A DNA stretch of 64,000 nucleotides from a virus. Shown in pieces: positions 55,887-63,368 of this stretch. Under the pieces are notes generated by a model. That model saw only the letters and a list, made by a program, of their open reading frames with translations. It searched no databases and had not been told where the DNA came from. The stretch lies in the IMG/VR virus record IMGVR_UViG_3300045988_089680, positions 11,055 through 75,054 of that record; one strand, given 5' to 3'. The position numbers and the translations under genes are program-made. Position 1 is the stretch's first letter. Each line of letters opens with the position of its first letter.

Positions 55887-56095
55887 ATGAACAACAATCC
55901 GTTTATCCCCCCCAACAGCGCATAGCCATCCTCACATTCGACAATGGTCAGCGCGTTCGTGCTGAAATTTCGATTCCAGGCACAGATAAACCTGTATGGC
56001 ACACAGAACTTGAACGTCGTATAGTTCGTGATTTCAACATGTCACAACCGCAAGCTACACATAAGTTAGTAAAAGTTCACTTATTAAGAAACTAA
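55887..56095 (+). pseudogene. ORF interrupted at a C7 tract (frameshift, recoding or sequencing error)
   Basis: ATG 55887 reads MNNNPFIPPNSA then stops. A -1 shift at C7 (55907-55913) gives a 69-aa ORF ending at 56095 with no start codon of its own. Confidence 0.4.
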
Positions 56096-56109
56096 AAAAC
56101 AATACAATT

Positions 56110-56358
56110 ATGAAGAAGAAAATCAAGACATGGCTCATACACCTTCTGGGTGGAGTAACAGTTACTGAAAGTAGAAAGAGAGGTGAAAAATCTTTCTATC
56201 TTGGTATGAAAGGTGCATACAGCGATATTCGTAACTATGCGGATTCTCTCTACGGCAAGCCTGCCGATGATTGGAGTGAGTTGATGTACGAGTTTATATG
56301 TGGACTACAAGAACGTCTTACGCATGAATTTGACGAAGAAACATCAACGGGAAAATAG
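56110..56358 (+). CDS. hypothetical protein
   Basis: 82-aa ORF in the track. Confidence 0.45.
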   Translation: MKKKIKTWLIHLLGGVTVTESRKRGEKSFYLGMKGAYSDIRNYADSLYGKPADDWSELMYEFICGLQERLTHEFDEETSTGK

Positions 56359-56389
56359 AATTTAATGTGTTACAATAAAAATTACAACA

Positions 56390-57109
56390 ATGGAAAACAA
56401 GATTAATATAGCAGAGATATTGAAAGATTGCCCGAAGGGAATGAAGCTGTACTCACTGATTTATGGTGAGGTTGAATTATCTCTAATTGATGATACTAAT
56501 GATAATTATCCAATCTGTATAAAGACTAACTTAGGAAGTCTTGTGAATTTTACAAAAGACGGACGTTACGCTATTAGGTTTCCAACAGCAGAATGTCTCC
56601 TCTTCCCCTCCTCAGAAATGCGCGACTGGACAAAGTTCTTCAAGCGAGGAGACGTGGCTATACAGTTATTCAATGGCTGTGGAGTTATTGTCGAAGAATG
56701 GACAGACGATACTTACAACTCTTTCAAAGCTTCTGTCTTTCAATTAAAAAAAGGGGGATTTGCAAAAAGAGACAAAAGGGTCCTTTCTACAGATGACTTT
56801 GTCAAGGCAAGTGACGAACAACGTGACAAATTTATCTCCGACATGGAAAAGTTCTTTGGTGGCAAGTACAATACCGACACCCTGCAAGTAGAAAAGTCCA
56901 CGTGTTCGTTCAGGCCGTTCGACAAGGTGTTGGTGAGGGACAATGAAGGACAAATATGGAACGCTAACTATTTCTCATATTACAGGGAGAATAATAAAGA
57001 CTTTCTTTATGCTTGTATGGACAATCCTTATCGTTTCTGCATCCCCTACGAGGGTAACGAACACCTGCTTGGCACAACAGACCCATACACGGAAGGAGAC
57101 AGCAAATGA
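56390..57109 (+). CDS. hypothetical protein
   Basis: 239-aa ORF in the track. Confidence 0.5.
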   Translation: MENKINIAEILKDCPKGMKLYSLIYGEVELSLIDDTNDNYPICIKTNLGSLVNFTKDGRYAIRFPTAECLLFPSSEMRDWTKFFKRGDVAIQLFNGCGVIVEEWTDDTYNSFKASVFQLKKGGFAKRDKRVLSTDDFVKASDEQRDKFISDMEKFFGGKYNTDTLQVEKSTCSFRPFDKVLVRDNEGQIWNANYFSYYRENNKDFLYACMDNPYRFCIPYEGNEHLLGTTDPYTEGDSK

Positions 57110-57357
57110 GCTATCCCTTCTCCCTCGAAAGTGTCAGGTTCCGTGAGACTGCCCACATAGCCTTCGAGGACGAATACATCACGGCATACCAGTCTACCGA
57201 CATTGTTCCGACGATATACAAGAGCGTCAACACCCCTCGCGACAAGAACGGCTTGGTATCAGGCAAACCAAAGACTTACTATCGCACTCAAAGCAGCGTG
57301 TGGGTTACGGAAAAGACATTCGTTAAACAATATCAGAAAATCAGAGAAAAATTCTAA
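57106..57357 (+). CDS. hypothetical protein
   Basis: ATGA overlap with the upstream gene. Confidence 0.45.
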   Translation: MSYPFSLESVRFRETAHIAFEDEYITAYQSTDIVPTIYKSVNTPRDKNGLVSGKPKTYYRTQSSVWVTEKTFVKQYQKIREKF

Positions 57358-57366
57358 GTTACGATT

Positions 57367-57570
57367 ATGATAGAAATATTGAAAATCATCGCCAGCCTCT
57401 CTATCACCATAGCTCTCTTCTATGCGTTCTTTAAAGTTGGCAGACTGAGTGCTTACGACCGTCTCCTTGAGCATTTTGAAGATGCCGTAAAGACTATCAA
57501 CAAGCAAAACGTAATAATCCAAATTTACGAACAAAAGCTTGAGGAAATAGAAAAGGAAGCAAAGCAATGA
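57367..57570 (+). CDS. small membrane-anchored protein
   Basis: N-terminal TM helix IIASLSITIALFYAFF. Confidence 0.4.
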   Translation: MIEILKIIASLSITIALFYAFFKVGRLSAYDRLLEHFEDAVKTINKQNVIIQIYEQKLEEIEKEAKQ

Positions 57571-57613
57571 AAGGAGTTTTAACTCAGGTAGAAATCAACA
57601 TAACAAAAGCGGA

Positions 57614-57844
57614 ATGAGATACGGATATTGTAAAAACTGTTTTTGGTGCAAATGGGGATATTGTTTCATGCTAAAAAAAGAAACAAGAAAAGATTCATAT
57701 TGCCCAGACTTCTACAGTAGAAGGACATCGAATGAAAAATTAAAGCAAGTTATTGACAGTTGGATTGCTCAGAAGCAAATGTCGTTGTCAGAGTTAAATA
57801 ATATCATAAATCATTATAAGGAATCAAAACAGAAAGGAAAATAA
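57614..57844 (+). CDS. small Cys-rich protein
   Basis: YCKNCFWCKWGYCF...YCPDF. Confidence 0.4.
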   Translation: MRYGYCKNCFWCKWGYCFMLKKETRKDSYCPDFYSRRTSNEKLKQVIDSWIAQKQMSLSELNNIINHYKESKQKGK

Positions 57845-57845
57845 T

Positions 57846-58175
57846 ATGATAGACGAAAAGAAAATCACAGAAGCAGCAATTCAGAATGCTGACAAATACA
57901 ATCCGTGCCGTAGCACCTTGGATAGAGAAGAGGTGTGTCGCGCCTCGTTTGTAAATGGTGTTAAATGGTTCAAGGAAGCTATTTGGCATGATGCAAGCGA
58001 GAAACCACAAGGTTCGGCTGCTATTCTTTACCTGTGGCACGACGAACAAGGTGGTATGGACGTTGGTATTGATGGTGTATTCGACGATTTGGATTGGAAG
58101 AAATTCGTTGAGTATAACAAAATTACAAAGTGGTGCTACATCAACGACATATTGCCGAAAGGAGGTGAAAGATGA
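57846..58175 (+). CDS. hypothetical protein, tandem paralog A
   Basis: IWHDASEKP...ITKWCYINDILPKGGER. Shares these motifs with the next gene. Confidence 0.5.
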   Translation: MIDEKKITEAAIQNADKYNPCRSTLDREEVCRASFVNGVKWFKEAIWHDASEKPQGSAAILYLWHDEQGGMDVGIDGVFDDLDWKKFVEYNKITKWCYINDILPKGGER

Positions 58176-58519
58176 TAGACGAAAAGAGAATACCACAAAG
58201 GATTTATATAAAAGACTATCAGCTTGCTACATGCGAAACAGACGGTATAGCCGATGCTCGCATTAATGCAGTTCCTTATAAAGGAGGACGTGGAAAATTA
58301 TGCGAATATATTAATATTGACTTTCTATGGCATGACGCAAGTGAAGAACCCGAAATAGACAAACCTCTTATTATCCAATATCTAAGTTTAATGAATGAGG
58401 TTTCTTACGACAGGGACAGACGTATTGCAAAATATCCTTGGAAACTCAATGTTTATGGATTACGTATTATTAAATGGTGTTATTTTGACGACCTGTTACC
58501 GAAAGGAGGTGAGAAATGA
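58172..58519 (+). CDS. hypothetical protein, tandem paralog B
   Basis: LWHDASEEP...IIKWCYFDDLLPKGGEK. ATGA overlaps on both sides. Confidence 0.5.
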   Translation: MIDEKRIPQRIYIKDYQLATCETDGIADARINAVPYKGGRGKLCEYINIDFLWHDASEEPEIDKPLIIQYLSLMNEVSYDRDRRIAKYPWKLNVYGLRIIKWCYFDDLLPKGGEK

Positions 58520-58944
58520 TTAAAGCGGAAGACCTCAGAATCGGTGACCTTGTAATCGTTAACGAGAACTGCTCATTAGAACAAGGTACTATAGGAAAAG
58601 TATCAGAAGTACGTTCCACACCCCTATACAAAGAAAATGAAGGCAGTATTGGTCTTAAACCCATTTCAAACGACAGATGGCCATGGGGAGTATTGTGTCG
58701 CAATATCGACCCCATCCCCCTTACCCCCGAAATCCTCGAAAAGAACGGGTTTAATATGCGGGAAGACACTGTTGTCTATGCAAAAAACAGATTGGGATTA
58801 AAGCCTTTGGGTGACGGTAAAGGCTACCAAGTAGGCTTGGGTAGTTTGCGTTTCTTATTTGTAAAGGTAAGGGTTATCAAGTACGTCCATGAGCTTCAGC
58901 ATATCCTTTGGGCACTGGGCAAGGACGCAAACTTAAAGATTTAA
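58516..58944 (+). CDS. hypothetical protein
   Basis: 142-aa ORF in the track. Confidence 0.45.
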   Translation: MIKAEDLRIGDLVIVNENCSLEQGTIGKVSEVRSTPLYKENEGSIGLKPISNDRWPWGVLCRNIDPIPLTPEILEKNGFNMREDTVVYAKNRLGLKPLGDGKGYQVGLGSLRFLFVKVRVIKYVHELQHILWALGKDANLKI

Positions 58945-58949
58945 AAAAA

Positions 58950-59600
58950 ATGAAGAAGATTATGTTCAACAATAAGTACGGACTCACCCGAGCCGTACTT
59001 GAAGGTCGCAAGACACAGACAAGGCGTATTCTGAATCCTACAATGCTTTTCGAGCGTTTGAACACGTACGAAGGTTGGACAAAAGAATCTATTGCTGATT
59101 GGAAGGAATCTTGTAAAGACCGACTTTATAAAGCAGAGGGTGAAGAACTGAAAGAAATGCTTGATTACGCCTTGGAACATTCACTATACAAGGTTGGAGA
59201 AAATGTAGCTATTGCGCAAAGATACATAGACCTTGCAGACAATGATGAGTTCTATCGACTTTGTGGCATTCATGGGATGCCATTAGAGTGTATTAAATTC
59301 GAGAAAGGTTGCGAAAACAAAATGTTCGTTAAGGCAGACCTCATGCCGAACCGCATCCGCATCACCAACATTCGTATCGAGCGTCTGCAAGACATCAGCG
59401 AAGAGGATTGTTTGGCTGAGGGTATCGTGGATTTTGAGAGCAGAATAAACAAGGCGCATTTTTACAGCATCACAGATGAATCTGCCACCTATGGGACAGC
59501 CCAAAAACCATACTCCCTGCTCATTGACAAAATCTGTGGTAAGGGCACATGGAAATCTAACCCTTACGTCTTCGTCTATGAGTTCGAATTAATAAAATAA
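58950..59600 (+). CDS. ASCH-like domain protein
   Basis: AVLEGRKTQTRRI near the N-terminus resembles ASCH-type KTQTRR motifs. ATG at 58950 follows the upstream stop. Confidence 0.4.
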   Translation: MKKIMFNNKYGLTRAVLEGRKTQTRRILNPTMLFERLNTYEGWTKESIADWKESCKDRLYKAEGEELKEMLDYALEHSLYKVGENVAIAQRYIDLADNDEFYRLCGIHGMPLECIKFEKGCENKMFVKADLMPNRIRITNIRIERLQDISEEDCLAEGIVDFESRINKAHFYSITDESATYGTAQKPYSLLIDKICGKGTWKSNPYVFVYEFELIK

Positions 59601-59606
59601 CAAGAT

Positions 59607-59795
59607 ATGGGTTTAGAAAGAGTAAAGCAGCTTAGTAACGAGTTATCAAAACAGCAAGTTTTTTCATTGAAAGAGTTGAAAAGATATAGAGAAGCTGTCG
59701 AGATTTACGAAATCAAAATGGACGGCATGACACGCCAAGAGCGCAGGGCATGTCAGAGGATGCTCGCAAAGTATAAAGGATATAAATATAAGTAA
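59607..59795 (+). CDS. hypothetical protein
   Basis: 62-aa ORF in the track. Confidence 0.4.
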   Translation: MGLERVKQLSNELSKQQVFSLKELKRYREAVEIYEIKMDGMTRQERRACQRMLAKYKGYKYK

Positions 59796-59796
59796 T

Positions 59797-59883
59797 ATGA
59801 AGAATGCTTATATAAGAAGATATCTATTACGTAGTGGTGTCAATAGTGTCTCTGATTTACAGCATCTTCGGTCCAAAACTTAA
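59797..59883 (+). CDS. 28-aa ORF (below the track cutoff)
   Basis: Hand translation MKNAYIRRYLLRSGVNSVSDLQHLRSKT. Weak support. Confidence 0.2.
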   Translation: MKNAYIRRYLLRSGVNSVSDLQHLRSKT

Positions 59884-59904
59884 CCCAGAAATGGAGGTGT
59901 AGGT

Positions 59905-60237
59905 ATGAATATAATTACGTTTGGTAAATATAAAGGTATGCCAGTTACAAGTGTTCTTAGAATTAACCCAAGTTACTTTGGATGGTGTAAGAACAATGTT
60001 CGTTGGTTCAAATTCTCTAAAAGAGACTACGAAATATACTTGGAATGGTTATCATTACAGCAAAATCATTTGCAATTCACAGGATACTCTGATGATATGG
60101 GTAATATTAGATTCCTTTTTAGAAAAGTGGAAGAAGGTAAGTTTAATGCTTACTCTGATACAGAATATCTTACTAAAGAAACGTGTGGTGAATATCTAAA
60201 AAGTACAAAAGAACATTATTTTAGCAAACGTGTTTAA
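59905..60237 (+). CDS. DUF3820-like (FGKYKG motif) protein
   Basis: ITFGKYKGMPVTSVLRINPSYFGWC. GGAGGTG upstream. Confidence 0.45.
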   Translation: MNIITFGKYKGMPVTSVLRINPSYFGWCKNNVRWFKFSKRDYEIYLEWLSLQQNHLQFTGYSDDMGNIRFLFRKVEEGKFNAYSDTEYLTKETCGEYLKSTKEHYFSKRV

Positions 60238-60264
60238 CCGCTTTATGGCATAAATAGATAGATT

Positions 60265-60462
60265 ATGATTAAAGAAGTTCCAGATCCTACGTCTGAATGT
60301 GAGGGATGTGTTTATGAAGGTAAGTTTGAGTGTCTTCAGCATGCATGTTGTGCTGACTCAAACAATCCAGTTAAGTACATTGAAGTAACAGAGTATCTAA
60401 CTGTTATTATAGGGCATAAATATAAGTGTGGATATGAATATAAAATGTTGCCTTCATTGTAA
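60265..60462 (+). CDS. small Cys-rich protein
   Basis: ECEGCVYEGKFECLQHACC. Confidence 0.4.
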   Translation: MIKEVPDPTSECEGCVYEGKFECLQHACCADSNNPVKYIEVTEYLTVIIGHKYKCGYEYKMLPSL

Positions 60463-60589
60463 ACATGCACATTGCAAAATATATATGGAAACTTATCATT
60501 GTGATATTTACAACAAGGATTTTTTTCCTCATGAATTATGTGGTGATGATGATGAAGAAAGCCACTTTGAAAGTATAATAAAAGAGTAA
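60434..60589 (+). CDS. 51-aa Cys/His-rich ORF (below the track cutoff)
   Basis: Hand translation MNIKCCLHCKHAHCKIYMETYHCDIYNKDFFPHELCGDDDEESHFESIIKE. Preferred over the antisense ORF 60336-60692. Confidence 0.3.
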   Translation: MNIKCCLHCKHAHCKIYMETYHCDIYNKDFFPHELCGDDDEESHFESIIKE

Positions 60590-60637
60590 CTAACCATCCT
60601 TTCCTTGACAATAGGGAGAGGATTAAAATAGCAAAAC

Positions 60638-60781
60638 ATGAATAATATAGAACATATAGAAAACATATACAGACTTTATTACAACATTCCAAGGTTTAGA
60701 GAAGCTTGCAGTCCAATATTTACAAGCTCACCAAAAGAATACGGACAATATCTGCAAAACAAAAAACACAAAAGAAAATGA
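60638..60781 (+). CDS. 47-aa ORF (below the track cutoff)
   Basis: MNNIEHIENIYRLYYNIPRFREACSPIFTSSPKEYGQYLQNKKHKRK. ATGA overlap with the next ATG. Confidence 0.3.
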   Translation: MNNIEHIENIYRLYYNIPRFREACSPIFTSSPKEYGQYLQNKKHKRK

Positions 60782-60921
60782 GCAAAGTAACAGCAATTAA
60801 TATAATTATTGACAAGAAGAATCAATTACAGAGATATAAAGAGTTACATATCTTTTCTGTTGATATTGATGACGTTTTTACATGGTTAAATAACATACAA
60901 AAAGAATTGGAGGACTATTAA
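60778..60921 (+). CDS. hypothetical small protein
   Basis: ATG-started portion (MSKVTAINIII...) of the track ORF, which starts at a TTG at 60706. Confidence 0.35.
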   Translation: MSKVTAINIIIDKKNQLQRYKELHIFSVDIDDVFTWLNNIQKELEDY

Positions 60922-61283
60922 TGAACAGAGAACAGGCCAAAAAACTGCTGCCTATTATACAGGCATTTGCAGAAGGTAAAACTATACTGGTACAAGAAGA
61001 TATTGATTGGCGTTATCTGAGCGATGACGCTGATTTTAATTTAAATCCGCTAAGATACCGTATCAAGCCAGAACCCAAGTACCACTCATTCCTCAACGCA
61101 GAAGAGTGTTGGCAGGAAATGTTAAAACACAAACCATTTGGATGGATTGAAGATAAGGAAGCTAATGAATACTTCAATGTTCAATGTATTGCATCTGGAG
61201 ATAAAGCAATAGACCTATACACAAGATTATTAAAAAGATGTGTTTTTATAGATGGCACGCCATTCGGCATTAAGGAGGAATAA
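60921..61283 (+). CDS. hypothetical protein
   Basis: TAATG overlap with the upstream gene. 120 aa. Confidence 0.45.
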   Translation: MNREQAKKLLPIIQAFAEGKTILVQEDIDWRYLSDDADFNLNPLRYRIKPEPKYHSFLNAEECWQEMLKHKPFGWIEDKEANEYFNVQCIASGDKAIDLYTRLLKRCVFIDGTPFGIKEE

Positions 61284-61285
61284 TC

Positions 61286-61813
61286 ATGATATACAAAGCA
61301 AAAAAAGGAAGCAAGGCTTACGAGTACATCAAGAGCATTTGTGAAGCCGAGGACAAAGAGTTTAAGGCTTATGTCAATAGAGTGGAAGAAGCTGTCGGAT
61401 TTGAGTTAGATAAATTTGGTGGCTACATGCCATTCTCCACACTAACCCGGATTTGCGAAGTCACTTCCATCTTGGTAGACAAGGAAAAATGGGAGCAGCT
61501 TGACAAAAAGCTATGGAAAAAGAAAGAGGTTATCAAAGATTATGTACGAATAATTCCGACCAAAAGAACCAAGCAAGGCAAAGCTATTAGTGCTGTCTTG
61601 TCCTCATATAACGCAGTCACAAACAGTTTCCAAATTCTCAAAGAGTTAGGACTGAATGAAGGAAGCGGAAATCGTATAACATTACCCCAACTTCGCTACA
61701 CAAATGGACATTGTTTTATCCGTTTAGGCGACAATGTTCGAGCCGACAAGGATAATCCAGATCTTGTAGAAATCACAATGTCAGAATATGAACAATTAAT
61801 TGGGAAGGAATAA
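61286..61813 (+). CDS. hypothetical protein
   Basis: 175 aa. AGGAGG upstream. Confidence 0.5.
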   Translation: MIYKAKKGSKAYEYIKSICEAEDKEFKAYVNRVEEAVGFELDKFGGYMPFSTLTRICEVTSILVDKEKWEQLDKKLWKKKEVIKDYVRIIPTKRTKQGKAISAVLSSYNAVTNSFQILKELGLNEGSGNRITLPQLRYTNGHCFIRLGDNVRADKDNPDLVEITMSEYEQLIGKE

Positions 61814-61818
61814 AAACT

Positions 61819-61932
61819 ATGAGAACAATCAAATTCAAGGGCAAATGTATCAGTCCTGAGGTTAAAGGCAAAACAGCGTGCGATTCGCTCCTTACGATCC
61901 CTGACGGAACGGACTGCTGTTACACTAAATGA
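61819..61932 (+). CDS. 37-aa ORF (below the track cutoff)
   Basis: MRTIKFKGKCISPEVKGKTACDSLLTIPDGTDCCYTK. It is the last ORF before the terminator. Confidence 0.3.
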   Translation: MRTIKFKGKCISPEVKGKTACDSLLTIPDGTDCCYTK

Positions 61933-61958
61933 CATTGCAATGAATACCTTCGATTAGT

Positions 61959-61993
61959 GCATCTTGACCGTGAGGTTAGGATGCCTTTTTATT
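61959..61993 (+). terminator. rho-independent terminator (copy 2 of the 5361 hairpin)
   Basis: Same GCATCTTGACC-GTGA-GGTTAGGATGC hairpin followed by CTTTTTATT. Confidence 0.7.
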
Positions 61994-62213
61994 GTATTAA
62001 GTTTTGTTAACACAATGTTAATAAGTTATTTTCTCCTATATTTGTCATATTAAGTATCTGTAACATTTAGTAAATTTGGTTAAGTTAATTAAAAGTTAAA
62101 TACTTTGTTTAAGCTGTTCTAAGCATATCAAATTTTCCCTCCATATACTTACATATATTTTCGAAATTAGAGGGTTACAGCGGAAATTGGGTTAAATGTT
62201 AAAATCCTTTTTG

Positions 62214-62329
62214 TTTAAAAGTTAGCTAAAGTTAAACTATTGGTTATCAGTAAATTATAAGTTTCTAAATTTGGTCAATAGCAAAAAAATGACTACCTTT
62301 GCAATAGATAATTAAAACAATAACAACTT
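62214..62329 (+). promoter_or_regulatory. promoter module copy 3
   Basis: Near-identical to 5546-5661, including TTAGCTAA, the -33 TTTG and the -7 TACCTTTG. Confidence 0.7.
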
Positions 62330-62344
62330 TAAAAATAAAGAGCA

Positions 62345-62587
62345 ATGAAGACAAATGAATTAACAGACAAGCAGAAAAGTCTAAGGTATTCGATAAGCGT
62401 TGACCTCGAATGTATGAACGATGCAGATTATACAAAACAATCCGCATTAGATTGGTTTAAAACTGACGAATGCAAAGAAGCTTATGATGGATATATTGTA
62501 AATGGTATCTATGAACCCACAAATGAAAACTTCTTAGATGTGGTTAAAGAAGTGTATTTCGCTTGTGGATATGATAAAAAGTGGTAA
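62345..62587 (+). CDS. hypothetical protein
   Basis: First ORF after promoter module 3. ATG in AAAGAGCAATG. Confidence 0.5.
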   Translation: MKTNELTDKQKSLRYSISVDLECMNDADYTKQSALDWFKTDECKEAYDGYIVNGIYEPTNENFLDVVKEVYFACGYDKKW

Positions 62588-62602
62588 TAAAACAAAAGAG
62601 CA

Positions 62603-62860
62603 ATGGAAAAGATAATTGATACAATCAAAGTAAACAGAGAGGAATTGATTTCTAAGTATTCCAAAATGAAGAAAGAAATCGAAGTCCTTTCGGAAGGAAT
62701 TAAGCAAGCAACAAAACTTAAAAAGTATGATGTCGCCGATAAGTTGTGGATAAAACGCTCTGACCTTAATACAGAGGCAAAAGATATTAACATGGCAATC
62801 AATGACCTAACAAACGCACTCAATCATCTTGGTGAGAGTACAGATATATTCTGGGGATAA
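62603..62860 (+). CDS. hypothetical coiled-coil protein
   Basis: ATG in AAAGAGCAATG. Confidence 0.5.
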   Translation: MEKIIDTIKVNREELISKYSKMKKEIEVLSEGIKQATKLKKYDVADKLWIKRSDLNTEAKDINMAINDLTNALNHLGESTDIFWG

Positions 62861-62879
62861 TATACATAAGATAAGAGCA

Positions 62880-63155
62880 ATGAATAACGACTTTGGAATC
62901 TACACGGATTTATATAATTCTATAATCAATGACTTGGAAAGTGGTAAATTTTTACCAAATATGAAAGCCATTCGTAACCAGATTAGAGAAGCAAAAAAAT
63001 CAATAGACGTTTTAAGGAAAGGTTCTGTCTTTTGCCAAAACCTTGAGATATTGGAGAAAACAGAACGTAAATTACAGTTGACAAAAGATAAGCTAAATGC
63101 AATGAACGCCGTGGTAGTTTATATAAAAAATAGACAAAAAGTAAAAGAGCAATGA
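62880..63155 (+). CDS. hypothetical protein
   Basis: In-frame ATG inside TAAGAGCAATG, preferred over track start 62829. Confidence 0.45.
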   Translation: MNNDFGIYTDLYNSIINDLESGKFLPNMKAIRNQIREAKKSIDVLRKGSVFCQNLEILEKTERKLQLTKDKLNAMNAVVVYIKNRQKVKEQ

Positions 63156-63363
63156 ATAAAGTAACAGTTCTAAAAGTAACCTTCTTCAAAGAAAAAGTAA
63201 ATTTCTTTGGAGAATAATCCCTTAAAAAGGTAGAGTTCGATTACGAATGTGACAATAAGAAAAGCATCTACGAGAATGAATGTGAAGCATTCGATATAGC
63301 AGTAGAGAAAGGTCACAACCCGAATAGAAATATAAAGTTCAATATTATCCAATCTAACATTTA
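63152..63363 (+). pseudogene. ORF with an in-frame TAA at 63215-63217 (21 codons, stop, 48 codons)
   Basis: MNKVTVLKVTFFKEKVNFFGE, then TAA, then SLKKVEFDYECDNKKSIYENECEAFDIAVEKGHNPNRNIKFNIIQSNI in the same frame. The downstream part has no start codon. Confidence 0.35.
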
Positions 63364-63368
63364 ATCAT

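Noticed and set aside
60336-60692. Minus-strand 118-aa ORF
   Set aside because: Antisense to a uniformly + strand region, with an implausible sequence (LHHHHHIIHEE, C/L/Y-rich). Small + strand ORFs with Cys/His patterns fit the region better.
61696-61935. Minus-strand 79-aa ORF
   Set aside because: Antisense to the 3' end of 61286-61813 and to a small + strand ORF that ends just before the terminator.
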